From Craspedostauros australis (lineage: Eukaryota), in contig JALAGF010005229.1 of the NCBI GenBank assembly GCA_030167865.1, forward strand, positions 1 through 34,679: 34,679 bases of DNA, written 5' to 3'. A model generated the notes under the pieces. It was not told where the DNA came from and ran no database searches. It worked only from the letters and a program-made list of their open reading frames with translations. Shown piece by piece: positions 20,802-32,878 of this stretch (its first letter is position 1; each line of letters opens with the position of its first letter). Both the position numbers and the translations under genes were made by a program.

Positions 20802-22800
20802 AGCGATCACGCATTCAGAACTAGCGATCGTGCTGATGTTCACGGTCAGGTCCTCAGTTCCGATCACGTTGACCCGAGAATCAGCAAGAAGAAGTGCTGG
20901 CGGCGTCATGAAATGTGACCCCATGCGGATATCATTGCTACTTCTCGTGGAGCCTTCAGAGAATTGTAGAGTGGAGCATGAGTAGTCAAGATGAACGGAT
21001 CTGACCTCGCTGCCCATGCCATTGCCATCATCTCGAATGTTGGTCGTTGCTCATTGATGATTTATAGAGTACTCGTAGTCCATGCGAATCCAGGTACAGT
21101 ACAGCCTCGTGCATCTGGAAGTCTTGCATCATAAAATCCTGCGATGAACCCTTCGCTGATTGTGCGACTGGTGTTGCAGCGACACCAGCATCAATCTAAT
21201 CTCTTCGATTGATGACGATGGATGGCCCATGCGGTAGCATTCCGCCACGAGGGCCCATGAAATCGATTCGGATTCCATGGACAAGGCGGTGGCATCAGCT
21301 TTAATTGGAGTGTTTTGTGCCACACGCATCACTGTCAAGGGGATGAGGCGGATGATCCTCATCCTCTTCTCTCACGGCGTGTCTTCGGTGGAGTGAGACT
21401 GTTGCCGCTGTGCCGTATGGTAGAAGTTCTCACATGATGTGTATCCACAAGTGCCTCCATCGTGGACGACCCGACATGATGGTTGATGCGGTGGTGTTTG
21501 ATGTGATTCAGTGCTGCGCAATGCGATGCGATGCCCAGACCCGCTGTCAACACCAAGAATGGCACGGGTCGGACTATGGCGCCACACATACCAGTATGGT
21601 GCATTGTCAACGAAGAACGTCACCTATCAAGTGGACGAGCACACAACAAGTCCCTTTCGCTCACTACTCGGTACTTCTTCTTGATTCTTCGGGAATCACC
21701 GTCGGAGACATCCTCACGTTTCCTCGCCGTTGTCATCCATGAACAGCGCAGCCGAGATGTGCTCTGTGGCACTCACACTCGTACCATACAAGCACGAGGA
21801 CGATTGGTCCGAGATGTCCTTGCTTGCCCGGTTTTGGGAATGTTGGATGTACCGATCGTCTCCGAGAGGCAAATGCGAAATTTGGATGTGGAACCGCGAC
21901 GAAAGGATAGATGTTGTACTTCGAGTAGGATAGAGTAGCATTCCTACTCTTTCGTACCCACCACTCACAGTCGTAGTGTTGGATCCGGTTGGGCCAAGAG
22001 TAAAATAGTGCTCTGGTACAGGTTGCGATTGACTTCGCGGTCTGAGTGCTCGTTGAACTATACGAGGATGTGCCATACCGTCTTCGTCTTCTCGCGCATC
22101 ATCCCACCGAGAAATGGAGAACTCTGTCACTTCATCCAGGTGTCAGCGCCAAAGCCTAAGTCAAAGTCTAAGTCAAAGCCAAAGTTGAAGTCAACACCAC
22201 CACCACAACAGTTTCTCACTCCTTCGACCATTCCCTCGATCGCTCACATCATTTCTCACGCAGCCGTCTCGGTGCCATACAGACTGTGCGAACTTGTCGG
22301 ACGAGGAGAATCTGCTGCGCGCTTGTCTTGCCTACCGAGATGATTTCTTCCTTGAGAGATCCGAACACGATGGCGTGTGTCGCCCTCTGAGCAGCAGCAT
22401 CATTCGTCTATCCACGGCTGGGTGCGTCAATTGCATGAGTACGACCTGTGAAGAGGCATGCATGTTTGTGGTTGGTATTCGCCAGCAACCGCCTTCTTTG
22501 ACCCATCATCTTGATTCGGAATGTCCGTCTTGGACCGCACCAAAGTGGCCGAGGAACGATGGACCCAAGCAACAGAACAGAACAAGATATTCTTCCGATC
22601 AGACACGCAATCGCTGAACGTGTGTGTTCCCAGCCATCTTGCTCGTGCTTGGCGCCTGGTATTGGCCCAGTTCCTGATGCGGCGATGATGGTGATGGCGA
22701 TAGTGATTGTACTACTATATCACATGTTTGATAGTGCGCTACCATGGGGGCGCCCAACACCAAATCACAACATTAAACCTGACGGAAATGTGAGGCGGGA

Positions 22801-22957
22801 TGACGTTTGGGACGAAAAAGCCGATGTTTCTCAGTGCCGTTGACGTCGTGTTTCTTTGGGTTCTTCGTGTCATGATTTCAAATAACAACACATGGTGACG
22901 TCATGTCGCAGAGTCTTACATCACTGCTCAAGAAGGATTTACAACACGAACTGACGT
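22801..22957 (+). promoter_or_regulatory. Cluster of four TGACGT motifs (putative aureochrome/bZIP element)
   Basis: TGACGT at 22801, 22841, 22896 (full TGACGTCA) and 22952, plus TGACGG at 22780. Confidence 0.45.
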
Positions 22958-24695
22958 GCATCTGGGTACGGCAAGTATGGTACTATTCAGATACCGCCTC
23001 TCGTCATCTCCAGTACCGGCAACCTTGGAGGTGACGAAAGACGAAGGAGAGGTTGACTTCGAGAGACACATCCTGCATGCGATGTTGATCTTTCTTTCCC
23101 ATGGCTCGCATCCTCCGATCTGGTCGCCAAGTCGATGTTTCTCGGGTTTAGTAGCGGACAAAGGAATGGGACAAAGTTCCCAGAATCATGTGGTTGTCGC
23201 AATTTGGTCTCGCAACTTGGTTTGATGATAGCAGTTGCACCCATGTACTTCCGCCGCCGCTCTGCTCTCGATAGAGTATTGTTCTACTCGTACTCGGCTC
23301 ATGAGTTTTCGTTGCAAGTTGGTTGACTGCACAAACAGACGTTGGTCCTCAAAGCTCCTTGATCGGTCAATCCATCGGTCAATGGCAATCACAATGGCAG
23401 ACGATCCGATGCATGTTGCAGACACAAGCTTGGGCGAGAGATTCGAAGAATGATTGTAATCGACGGCAACCGCATCGACATGCATTCCGCGTAGAGAAGA
23501 AGAACATTCCCTCTCTCTCTCGCCGGGGTTGAGTACTCCCAAACCTACTGGCACGGATACTCTGCTCTACTCCATTCGTCCGGGGGATGAACGACGACCT
23601 CGCCATCGAAGCCCACAGCGCTGCGTGAGATGGCGCACAAGACCCTCTCGCTCATCCAATGCATCCTGCGGCGAGGATCCTTCAAGGAGCGGCAAGCAGG
23701 CATGCCCAACCGGACTATCATACCGCCAAAATGATGGCACCGGCGGCGTCGCGAGAGAGTATACTGTACTACTTTACAGATGAAAATGGCGAGGATGGGT
23801 TGTGCATGTTTCTGCTATGCGCCATTGCACTCCACAATGCACAGACACAAGTCAAACATCGACGAAATATGAAATCCGTGATGGCTCACATCACGCACGT
23901 GAGACGTCCCAACAACGAGAATGGAACGAGACTGCCACAGTTATCTCAACGTGGACAAGTTCTGCGTTGATGTGTGTCGATGGTTTCGTGGACGAAAAAT
24001 GGCGCGAAGGTAGGTGTTGCTCACAAGAAGGTGACAACCGCAGTGGCTGGCGCGACATCACGTTTCGGGTGATGTGGCAAATTATCAAAACAATAAAGAC
24101 GAAGCTGAGATGCAAGCAATACAAGACTGATGCGTGATTCGAGGTTTCGTTTGGAGCAGTCTAATGTTCCGCAAGTCTAGATGCATGAGGCCATACGCCT
24201 GGACGACCAAGAAGGGAGGCGTGCTTCTGAGTATGCCCGACCGCTGCACGAGCCATGAGGAAGTGGGAGGCGAAGCAGAGCGTGGTGCCCTACTCTACAT
24301 TTGCTCCATCCCACGAGATGTGATGGAAAGAGAGACGGCAGGTATGAAAAAGATGATGTTGTTCACTGTCACATGTGAAGAGAGTAGAGTTGAATATTAT
24401 AGAATACATATCATAGTGTACTAATGGGGAAAAGGGGGAGAGGAGCAATAGCAGCGCGTGTGCCGGTGGTTATCTCATGGCATTTGTATCGTCCAGCATG
24501 GCACGACCAGCAGAGGAGGGCAGGTCCATTCGTGCGACTCAAGTTCGTGCTCGCGGTTAATGTAGCAGTGTGTTGGTGTGGGGCTTTGTTGTGTTTTGTT
24601 GTGCTGGGTGGGAAGAGACTGGCTTGGATCACACACGTCCATCCTGCTTTTCACAGCGTTGGACAGCAGCAGAGCATATCATGGCTCGGAGCACT

Positions 24696-25582
24696 TCACT
24701 CGTTGGTGTCGTTGAGAGAGAGGACGAAGTCATCAAGGAAGCTGTTGGTGGAAGAGGAGGAAGAAGGGTTGCATGAGAGGGAGAGAGTAGAATGAAAGAA
24801 TGAATGTTAGAACGCTGATCGTGGATTCGCGTTGGCCAAGACCAACAAGCCAATACGAAGTTAACATGAAGCCAACACGAAGTGGACACAGTAACATCCT
24901 CCGCATGAACTTACTCCTGCAACTCGGACTCGGTGTAGTACAGGCGGCGGCGCTCCTTCCTCGTCGGCGACGGAATGTGGATGACCTGATCGTTGCACAG
25001 CGAGAAGGACACGACCTTGCGGCTGCGCTGCCTGCCTGTCATGAGGTCGTACTTGAAGTCCATGTAATCGAAGCCGTTGTAGAAGAGGTGGTAGCGTTCA
25101 TCGCGCTTGGTGTAGGGACGGAAGCGCACCTCGCTGACGATATCGGCCGCCCAGCGAACGTGCTTGGATGCCGGGAGGTTGCAGTCCGCGTCGAGGTCGT
25201 TCTCCAGGCTGGAGTGGCTGTAGGTGCTTCTGTCGGTGGCCGTGGAGCAGGTATCGTCATCGATCTCGGTGCTGGCGCCGCCGTTCTTGGCGTTGGCGCG
25301 CCGCTGCTGCTCCCTGATCGTCCTGGAGGCCGTCGCCATGTCCTCCTTGGAGACCAGCTCCAGGGAGTCGCGATGGCGCACGAGGCGGCCGCGGCCCCTG
25401 CCATTGCGCAGCAGCGAGTTGGGTGATGAGACGTAGTGGGGCGGCGGAGGCGGCAATGAGGGTCGCTGCGGCGCAGATCGCATGTTGTTGCTGTTGGTGT
25501 TCAGCACCAGAGCGCGCTTGCGTCCCATGAAGAGCGCAGAAGTGGGGGACGTGATGCCGAGGCTTTGCAAACAGGGTTCCAT
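24696..25582 (-). CDS. About 237-aa protein with two VxF/W...L[FY]Y...F repeats (RVxF-type), 2 exons
   Basis: Exons 25582-24915 and 24741-24696 (GTAAGT..CAG, 173-bp phase-2 intron, 714 nt). Repeats are KHVRWAADIVSEVRFRP..ERYHLFYNGFDYMDFK and KVVSFSLCNDQVIHIP..ERRRLYYTESELQDFLDDF. Confidence 0.8.
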
Positions 25583-26952
25583 GGTGGCTGTCTCTGTTTG
25601 TTCCTTTGCTGGTTTGGTGGTGTGGGTGTGCGAGTACTCGCAGGTGGGGGTTGGAGGCCAGGGATTTGGAAAATGGGCGGCGAAGGATTGTGTTCGGTTG
25701 CCAACGGAAGGCAGGCAGAGTGGAAGATGATCTGGATCTGGGCTGTTGCTATTCTCGTTGCTCTACTCTACTCCACTGTGAGGATCACTGTTTCTGTTGC
25801 TGGTTTGTGGATGGATCGTGGTGGATGGTGCCTTCCTGGGAGCAAGACGTCAACAGCCATGCAGTGCTTGCCCGTTGTGGGGCTAGGCGAGTGCCAGTGA
25901 AGCTGAACCAAGTGCAAGAAGCACACAGAATTCGGTTGCCTCCTGTTCACAAATCGACACAAAAAGTCACCACCAAACAACGGCCAATGATCGTGCCTCA
26001 CGACATGACAACACCACAAAAGGACCAAGGGCAGCCAAATGGAGAGAACAGACGCTCCCTTCACCACTGTACACACTACCTGGGCTGTTTGGTACGTACC
26101 ACAACTGGACCACAAACAACACGCAACACACAACACACACACGCTCGCAGGGCTACGCGCAATCCAACCATCTGTCGTCATCGCAATTGCGTTACTTGTG
26201 GTGAAATCGCCGTGCCTGATGCCGAATGGTATCCAACGCGCTTCAATTGCTTTGCGCCACGCAAGAATTATTTATGGATCTTACTTAGGGACACTTCTGC
26301 CGAACGAGTTCGGCTGGTGACGTGTTGCGGAACAGGGGCTGTGTGGACGATACTTCGCAGCTGCGCCAACGTCACAGGTGTCACCAGGCAGCCTGCATCA
26401 GGATCACCCGGAGTTGTGACGACTTCGTCCGTTTCATGTCCGTTTGGATGAATGGCTGCATTTGGGTCCATCGAATCCATGGTTTTGGATACCGTGAGTC
26501 TCGTGTTACTCGTGAATAGAGTTGACGCTCGAAACGTCCAACACGTTTTTGTCGACACAAATTGTTGGCAGAAACTCACTTTTTTGTGCATCGCACCTGT
26601 CCCATGTCGTCGTTGCGATAACTGCCAAGCGAGATGAGATGTGATGCGATCGTGTGAAACAAGGGAAATTTGAGGCGAGGTGGGCACTTGATGCAGGCAG
26701 CATCAGTGGGAAGCCACAGCAGTAGCGACAACCGTGGCGGCAAAGACAGCGGTGGTGCTTGCATCACGACGAGGATGGTGGGTCTCTCCTTTCCTCCAAC
26801 CAATCAACGATCCATTCTTTCATTGCTCGCGTCCGTCAAAGCTGGATGCAACCATATTCCTCAAGCACAGCGCCATCCATAGATAGATTACTCTGGCGAA
26901 CGTCACCATACGCAACAGCAGCAGCAGCAGCAGCAATAACGATAACGATCAG

Positions 26953-27001
26953 ACAATACAGCACAGTACAGCACAGTACAGCACAGTACAGCACAATACA
27001 G
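26953..27001. repeat. (ACA[G/A]TACAGC)n decamer tandem repeat upstream of the Cys-rich gene
   Basis: About 5 tandem copies. Confidence 0.85.
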
Positions 27002-27031
27002 GACAAAAAAGCAGTAGCTCAAGGCAAGAAG

Positions 27032-28279
27032 ATGGTGTTCAAATTCAGCAAAGAGTCATGGACGGTTATCATCACCCATGTGGCAGTTGCGACCACCGTC
27101 GGTGCCTCTGCCATCACGGGAGAAATAGAAGAACGCATACCCATCACGATACATGACGACACGATGCTCACTGACACCAGCAGCAGCAATGGCAGTACCA
27201 ACAACAGCAATAGAAACAACAACAACAATAACAACAACGGCGAAAAAAAGAAGCGAAAGAAAAGGGCGGTTGCCAACGCAGGATACACGAGCAGCGCGAC
27301 AAGGACAGATTCGGCTGTCGCCACCATGAGGCGTGTCGGTGTTGGCAGCAGGGCAGATGTCCACAACGTCCACGCTGCACGCACTGTTAACACGCAAAAG
27401 GAACAATCAGATCCAATCAACCTGTCGAATATCTGCATGCTCGATCCTCTGGAGTGCGGGCTCTTCAGTTCATCTGCAATCACCGCGAGCAACATCAGCG
27501 CGGCCAATGCCAACAGAAAGAGCAGCAGCAGCAGCGGTAATACACAGCATGATGATTTTGTCGGCGTCGCATCCCGTGAGCTCAAGGTCGATGCTGGTTT
27601 GCTCAACATGGATGGAGCGATAAGAACCAGCCGCCGTGAAAGGAGGCTCCTGTCGCAGCATACGAGTAGAGGTGGCAGAGCAATCAAGGCCGCAACCTCC
27701 ACGGCAACCCAAACAGACGGTGCCAAGCTCACCAAGCAGCAAGCTGTTGCTTGCTTCACCGGAACAAGCGAACAAGTGATCCAGGCCTGCGCCGATGCCA
27801 ACGCCAACTGCTGCTGTTCGGGATGCGAACCTGATGCCTTCGCGTCCGCCGACCTGCCCACCTGCCTCTGGGAATCCGACGCGGTCACAGTGTGCGCCAA
27901 CTCTTGCAACGACGGACCCGGTGCCTGCGTCTTTTACTCCACCACCGGACACTCCGTAGGCGGCAACAGCTGCAACGGCCCATACTCCTGCTACGATTCC
28001 TACACGAGCATCGGGCACAATTCATGTCAAGGCAACCGCGCGTGCTACTTCATGGACGATGCGTTCGTCAGCAACAATGCCTGCAACGGTGACGACGCTT
28101 GCTCGTACAAGAAGGATAGCGTGGGTGCGTCATCCTGCAACGGCGCGAGAGCATGCGAGAGCAATTCGGGGTTCATCAGCCGCTTCTCCTGTGTCGGGAT
28201 TGAGGCGTGCCAATACAACGAGCAGTCGGTGGGACGCAATCAATGCGTCGGCGACTACATCTGCGATGCACTACCGTAG
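27032..28279 (+). CDS. Secreted 415-aa protein with RXL-containing pro-region and C-terminal [VI]GxxSCxGxxAC repeats
   Basis: ATG 27032 is followed by signal-like WTVIITHVAVATTVGASA. N/S/K low-complexity pro-region with REL (27575) and RRLL (27641). Six 18-19 aa two-Cys repeats at 27956-28276 plus one degenerate copy upstream. Confidence 0.85.
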   Translation: MVFKFSKESWTVIITHVAVATTVGASAITGEIEERIPITIHDDTMLTDTSSSNGSTNNSNRNNNNNNNNGEKKKRKKRAVANAGYTSSATRTDSAVATMRRVGVGSRADVHNVHAARTVNTQKEQSDPINLSNICMLDPLECGLFSSSAITASNISAANANRKSSSSSGNTQHDDFVGVASRELKVDAGLLNMDGAIRTSRRERRLLSQHTSRGGRAIKAATSTATQTDGAKLTKQQAVACFTGTSEQVIQACADANANCCCSGCEPDAFASADLPTCLWESDAVTVCANSCNDGPGACVFYSTTGHSVGGNSCNGPYSCYDSYTSIGHNSCQGNRACYFMDDAFVSNNACNGDDACSYKKDSVGASSCNGARACESNSGFISRFSCVGIEACQYNEQSVGRNQCVGDYICDALP

Positions 28280-28889
28280 CTTTCTCAAATGCGCAACCTG
28301 ATGATGACGACGACGTTGACGACGCGGGGGAGCCACGCGGACCATAGCAGCCGGAAGAGAATGACCAGCCGCATACACATGATGGCAGAGTGCATCATAC
28401 CACGAGGATACGAACATGCGAGTACGCAAACGAAAGCCTCATTGCATACAATTACATCACCAACACTCTTCACAAGTGGAGGACTGCATAACGCTTATAA
28501 GACAACTATACCGTCATACCGTCATACTCGTCCCGTTTCGTGGATCTCTGGAGATGGCGTTGGAAAGCCTGAACTACCAACAACACAACTGCAGTGGACG
28601 CGGAAGCCTGTCCAGCACATGAACTCGACGTTGTGCTGGCACGGAATTGAAACCAAAAGCAGAACCATGATGGACAGTGGATGCCAACGCTGTTGCTCTC
28701 TGCAATACTCGCACTGTGATACAATAATCTGATGCTCTAGTCGTGCTCTAGTCGTACATCCATTATACTCTTTCTCTCTTCTCTGGGTGCGTGCAAATAA
28801 TGATAGGCCGACATTTGACTCGTACGTAAAGTACGTGCCTTCCTCTTGCATTGTTGCTGTTGCACACACATGTTCATATGCACATAGTA

Positions 28890-30898
28890 TTACACTTGCG
28901 CCTGATACCAAAAGCCTCTCCAGGCTCGAACTGTCTGCGCTTCCCTCTTGCTGGGGCTACGGAGATCTTGCATGTCTCTCGCATCGCAGTCGTCTTCACC
29001 CTTGATCCTATCCGCATTTTCATCCATGTCTGTGGCCGCTTTTGTGGCCGATGCCATCGTCCGCTCATCGTCGAAACATGTGATGGTTTCGTTGGCAACC
29101 GATCGCAGAGCAACGGCGATGGATGAGACCTTGGCGGATGTTCGTTCCAAGTACGCCGCCAACGGTGATGCATGGGATCTGGAGATGTCAGCGGTTGATT
29201 GGATCGGTCTGTCTTTCTTCGCTCGCTTCGGAGTCGCACTCTCGATAAGGCTGTTTGCGGGACCGCTTGCAGGCTTCGTTTGTTCCTGTCCTGCAATGAC
29301 ATCGTGAGCGCCATCGCTCTTTCTGTCGCCATGGCGTTCCGCAGTCGCTGCCTTCTCCTTCTTCGGTTCCTTTCGCGTCTTGCTGCACTTCTTTTTCTTC
29401 TTCTTCTCCACTTGCTTCACAACAGCAGCAGCAGCAGTCTGGCTGTCACATGGAATCCTGTGTTGTGTCCCATGGTTGGAACCGACTGCCGCCTGACACA
29501 CAGTCGGGTTGTCCCTCAGGAGCTGAAAGGTGATCCCCACTTTGTGGACTGCGGTGGACAGAGCCTCGGTCCATTGCGCCGGCGTCGTCTTCTGATGCTG
29601 AATCATGGTCTGGCGCCCATGCTGATTGCACTCGATCCAAAACTCGACCTGCGCACGGCACTTGTGGTGCAAGTTGAGGTTCAATTTCTGCAGGCTGGTA
29701 TTGCTGTGCTCCAGGATATCCAAAAGTCCATCTGCCTCCACGACGCGGCACGAATTGTGACATTCCAAGGTGCGCAGCGTTGCAGTGTTGCTGTTCGATT
29801 TCAACAGCTCGATCGCTGCGCGGGTTCCGACAAGGGTTTGGGCATTGTCATTGAGAACGAGCTCTTCCAGCTTGCTGTCATCGCGCTGCAGTTGCGAGAG
29901 AGTCTCGAAATGCTCATCGTTGAGTTCCAAGTGACACAGCGACAGCCTCCGCAACTTTTGGAACGGCAGCAGTTTGAGCGCTTCCACAGAGACCATGCTG
30001 CTGCGCACGCGACCATGGTACTGGTGACACTTCAAGTCGAACGTCCGGATGTTGGGCAGCGAGGCCACGGCGGCAACGAGCGGATCCAGCAGCGCGCCAT
30101 CGCGAGACGAAGATCGCGCCGCCGCCGACCTGCCACGTCGATGGCACGGATCGCGGCAGTGCACGACAAAGTTGCGAATGCGCACCGACTCCAACGCCGG
30201 CAGCGATTGGATCGATTGGGCCAGCGCCTTGACATCGAGCGTCTGTTCGATGATGAAGTTGCCATCGAGGCACAGCTCCGTCAGCAGGTTCTGCCTCTGC
30301 GGTACCAGCTTCAGCACCTGCTTGAAGTGCTTTTGCGTCGGTGATTGGTATCCGGGCGAATCGAAGACTTTCTTGGACAGCGTGAGAGACTTGAGGCGCG
30401 GCGGCGACGGCGATCGCGATGCTGAGTCTTTGTCCGTCTTGAGCTTGCGGCGTCGTCGTCGTCGTCGTCGCCGAGTGACAAGCTGTGCGCTCGTGTTGGT
30501 TGTACTGGGACTGCCACTCGCAACAGCATCAACATCACCGTCCGTGCATCGAGCGCTAGTTCTCCTCCGACTCCTCAGTGCTCCGGCTGACGATGATCGA
30601 CGAGCGCCCTTGGTTCTACTCGTATTATTGTTGCCTGTGCTGCAATCGCCTTCGCTTGCGTTCGTGGTGCCGCTGCGCCGCCTGCGACCAGCAGAAGCGC
30701 TTCGCGATCTCGCGTTGGCCTTCGCACCTGCGTCAGAAAGAGACAGGTGCGCGAAGATGTCGGCATGATCCATCATCTCGTCCAAGTGAAGGTGCGTAAC
30801 CGCCTTGGGAGATGCCAGCGGCGATGGCGAGAATGGTGGCGGTGGTGGCAACGACAGTGAGTTGTGGCAGGGGCTCTTGGTCGTCTCCTTTCTTTGTC

Positions 30899-30944
<46 letters not shown>

Positions 30945-31085
30945 TTCTTGCTGCTGCTGTCGATGATGCGTTGTTGGTTGTTTGTGGTGGTTTCGTTGCG
31001 CGCCTCTGCCATGGTGCCGCCGCTGTTCCTTGGTCGCTATCTCATGATGCTCACCAGCACACGCCGCCTCAACATGCGAAGCCAT
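28890..31085 (-). CDS. RNI-like leucine-rich repeat protein with polyQ and poly-Arg N-terminus (731 aa)
   Basis: LxxLxLxxN/C repeats (LTELCLDGN, LESVRIRN, LRRLSLCHLELNDEHF, LEELVLNDN, LQKLNLN); cap FWIECNQHGR...FQLLRDNPTVC typical of diatom LRR proteins. The start could be downstream (MMDHAD). Confidence 0.85.
30899..30960 (-). repeat. (CAGCAA)n coding polyglutamine tract
   Basis: (tgctgt)n on the plus strand; QQQQEQQQQQQQQQQQQQQ in the LRR ORF. Confidence 0.9.
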
Positions 31086-32414
31086 GGCTCACTTTGAAAA
31101 CCCGTTGGCTGCGTTGTGTTGCGGTACTGGTTCTGTCAACGACACGATCGCAAACATCGCTCGGCGTTGTCTCGTTTCGGTGGCTTTTGTGCGAGTGGCG
31201 ATTTGGTGTGGGCTGTTGTTGTCGTGACCGGTCAGCGCAAGTGCCCACAAGATTGATTTTGTGTGTGTTCAGATTGGTTGTCCAGTTTGTTTGAACACGA
31301 TGCGATGAGACGAGATTGTGAGCACAACGCATGTTGTTGCAGTTGCTGCTTCTGCTTCTGCTCCCCATTCTCATTCGTTTTGTGAACAATGGAACTAGCG
31401 ATGTTGGCATCTGCTCAGCGGCTTCCAGTTGATGTTACACGAACGTCGCAGACGCGCATCCAACAAACAAACGAGTTTACCGTTGTGGTCGACTGATCTC
31501 CTCTTTCTTCGCTCTCTTCGTGAGCTTTTCACTTTTTGAACCTTGCGCGCGCGCAGTTTCGAACTAAGACACGTTTGAACCAATCAAATTGGTGCGTGAC
31601 TGAAAATAGACAAACATATAACGCCATCGCAGAAGCGCTTTCGCTGTTTCCGATAAGTGGAATTCTCTGCCCACCAGTCACGGACAAACAATTGACAAAA
31701 TATGCTCACAAAATTGAGCAGAAGTCGCGGTTCCGTCTGCGGTTTGATTGCTCCACATCTCTCACCATGCTTCAGGAATGCACAGCAATCCCAACAAGAA
31801 CGAAAGCATGGCATAGTAAGCGGCCACGTTGAGCAACAAGCAGCAAATGGACACGAACTTGAGACGAGCACCGCAGCTCTTCCCGCAAGACGTTTGGAGT
31901 TCCCTTCTTTCTCGTTTTGCTTCCGGAATGATTCTGAATTGCTCCCGGAATTGGTTCTGGACCGCTTGCCTGCATTTGATGCCAATGGTGGCTCCAATCG
32001 TCTACATTTCCCGGTCTTGCGGTGTGCTGGTCTCTCAAGTCCCGCTGTCTCCATCATGCGCAGGGGGAATCCTTTGCTCCTCTCTTTGTCTATCGTCACT
32101 TTTCGTCAATTACTGATCGCGTGCACCTCATTCGTCCTTTCGTTGATACGTTCGTTGATCCATTCAATGGTTTGGCCTGAACATTCATGGTGTATTGGTC
32201 AAGACAACTTTGAGGCGTCATGAATGCAGCAGTCAGAAGAAGGCGAGCTGCTGAAGTTGAAACGGTCCTCAATGAGGTGATGGTATGTACGGAGGTGCAT
32301 GCGGATTCATACGACTCTCTGGAGAGAGAGGTGATCTGCGAGAAAAGGAAGCCAACAGTTCAACACAACATTATAGTATGTTTATTACCTAAGTTGGACA
32401 AACACGGCCAGTTT

Positions 32415-32487
32415 GGGCGCTTAGCTCAGTTGGCAGAGCGTCCGCTTTGCATGCGGAAGGTCGCCGGTTCGATTCCGGCAGTGTCCA
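32415..32487 (+). tRNA. trnA-UGC: tRNA-Ala (anticodon UGC)
   Basis: 73-nt cloverleaf. Acceptor GGGCGCT/AGTGTCC with the Ala identity pair G3:U70 and discriminator A; D arm GCTC..GAGC; anticodon stem TCCGC/GCGGA with TGC at 32448-32450; T loop TTCGATT; T-run terminator near 32525-32533. Confidence 0.97.
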
Positions 32488-32878
32488 CTACTCACGACGG
32501 GTTTGTGACGAACATCTACCCACGTTTCTTTTATTGCTCGGCACTGAACTTGTGCGAAGCGCAATGCATGCTCTTGATGTTGACACCGTGTGTCGGTGGG
32601 ATACGGTCCAGGAGACAGAGAGCACTCATTTTGCCTCGATTCTTCCCTATCAGTTTGGTTTGCCGTCAAGCGAAGCTATGTTCCACTCCACTTGAGGATG
32701 AATTCTACGAACCGTCCTGAATGCACAATTAGAAATTGGACTGACCTCTTTTCGATTATAATAACATATTTGTACCATTGTGATGCGCACTGAATCGGCC
32801 CAGCGCTTCGCGACTGATGTCATCCCCCTTCGTGGCCTTCCCTCGAACTCATCGATATCTTCGATCGCGTGTTGCTCG

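Noticed and set aside
24800..25426. 208-aa plus-strand ORF
   Set aside because: Antisense shadow of the RVxF-repeat gene.
26759..27031. N-terminal 91 aa of the 506-aa ORF
   Set aside because: Non-ATG start running through simple repeats. ATG 27032 gives a signal-peptide start.
29199..30768. 381-aa and 239-aa plus-strand ORFs
   Set aside because: Antisense shadows of the LRR gene.
32220..32720. 166-aa ORF spanning the tRNA
   Set aside because: Reads through the tRNA-Ala gene and is spurious.
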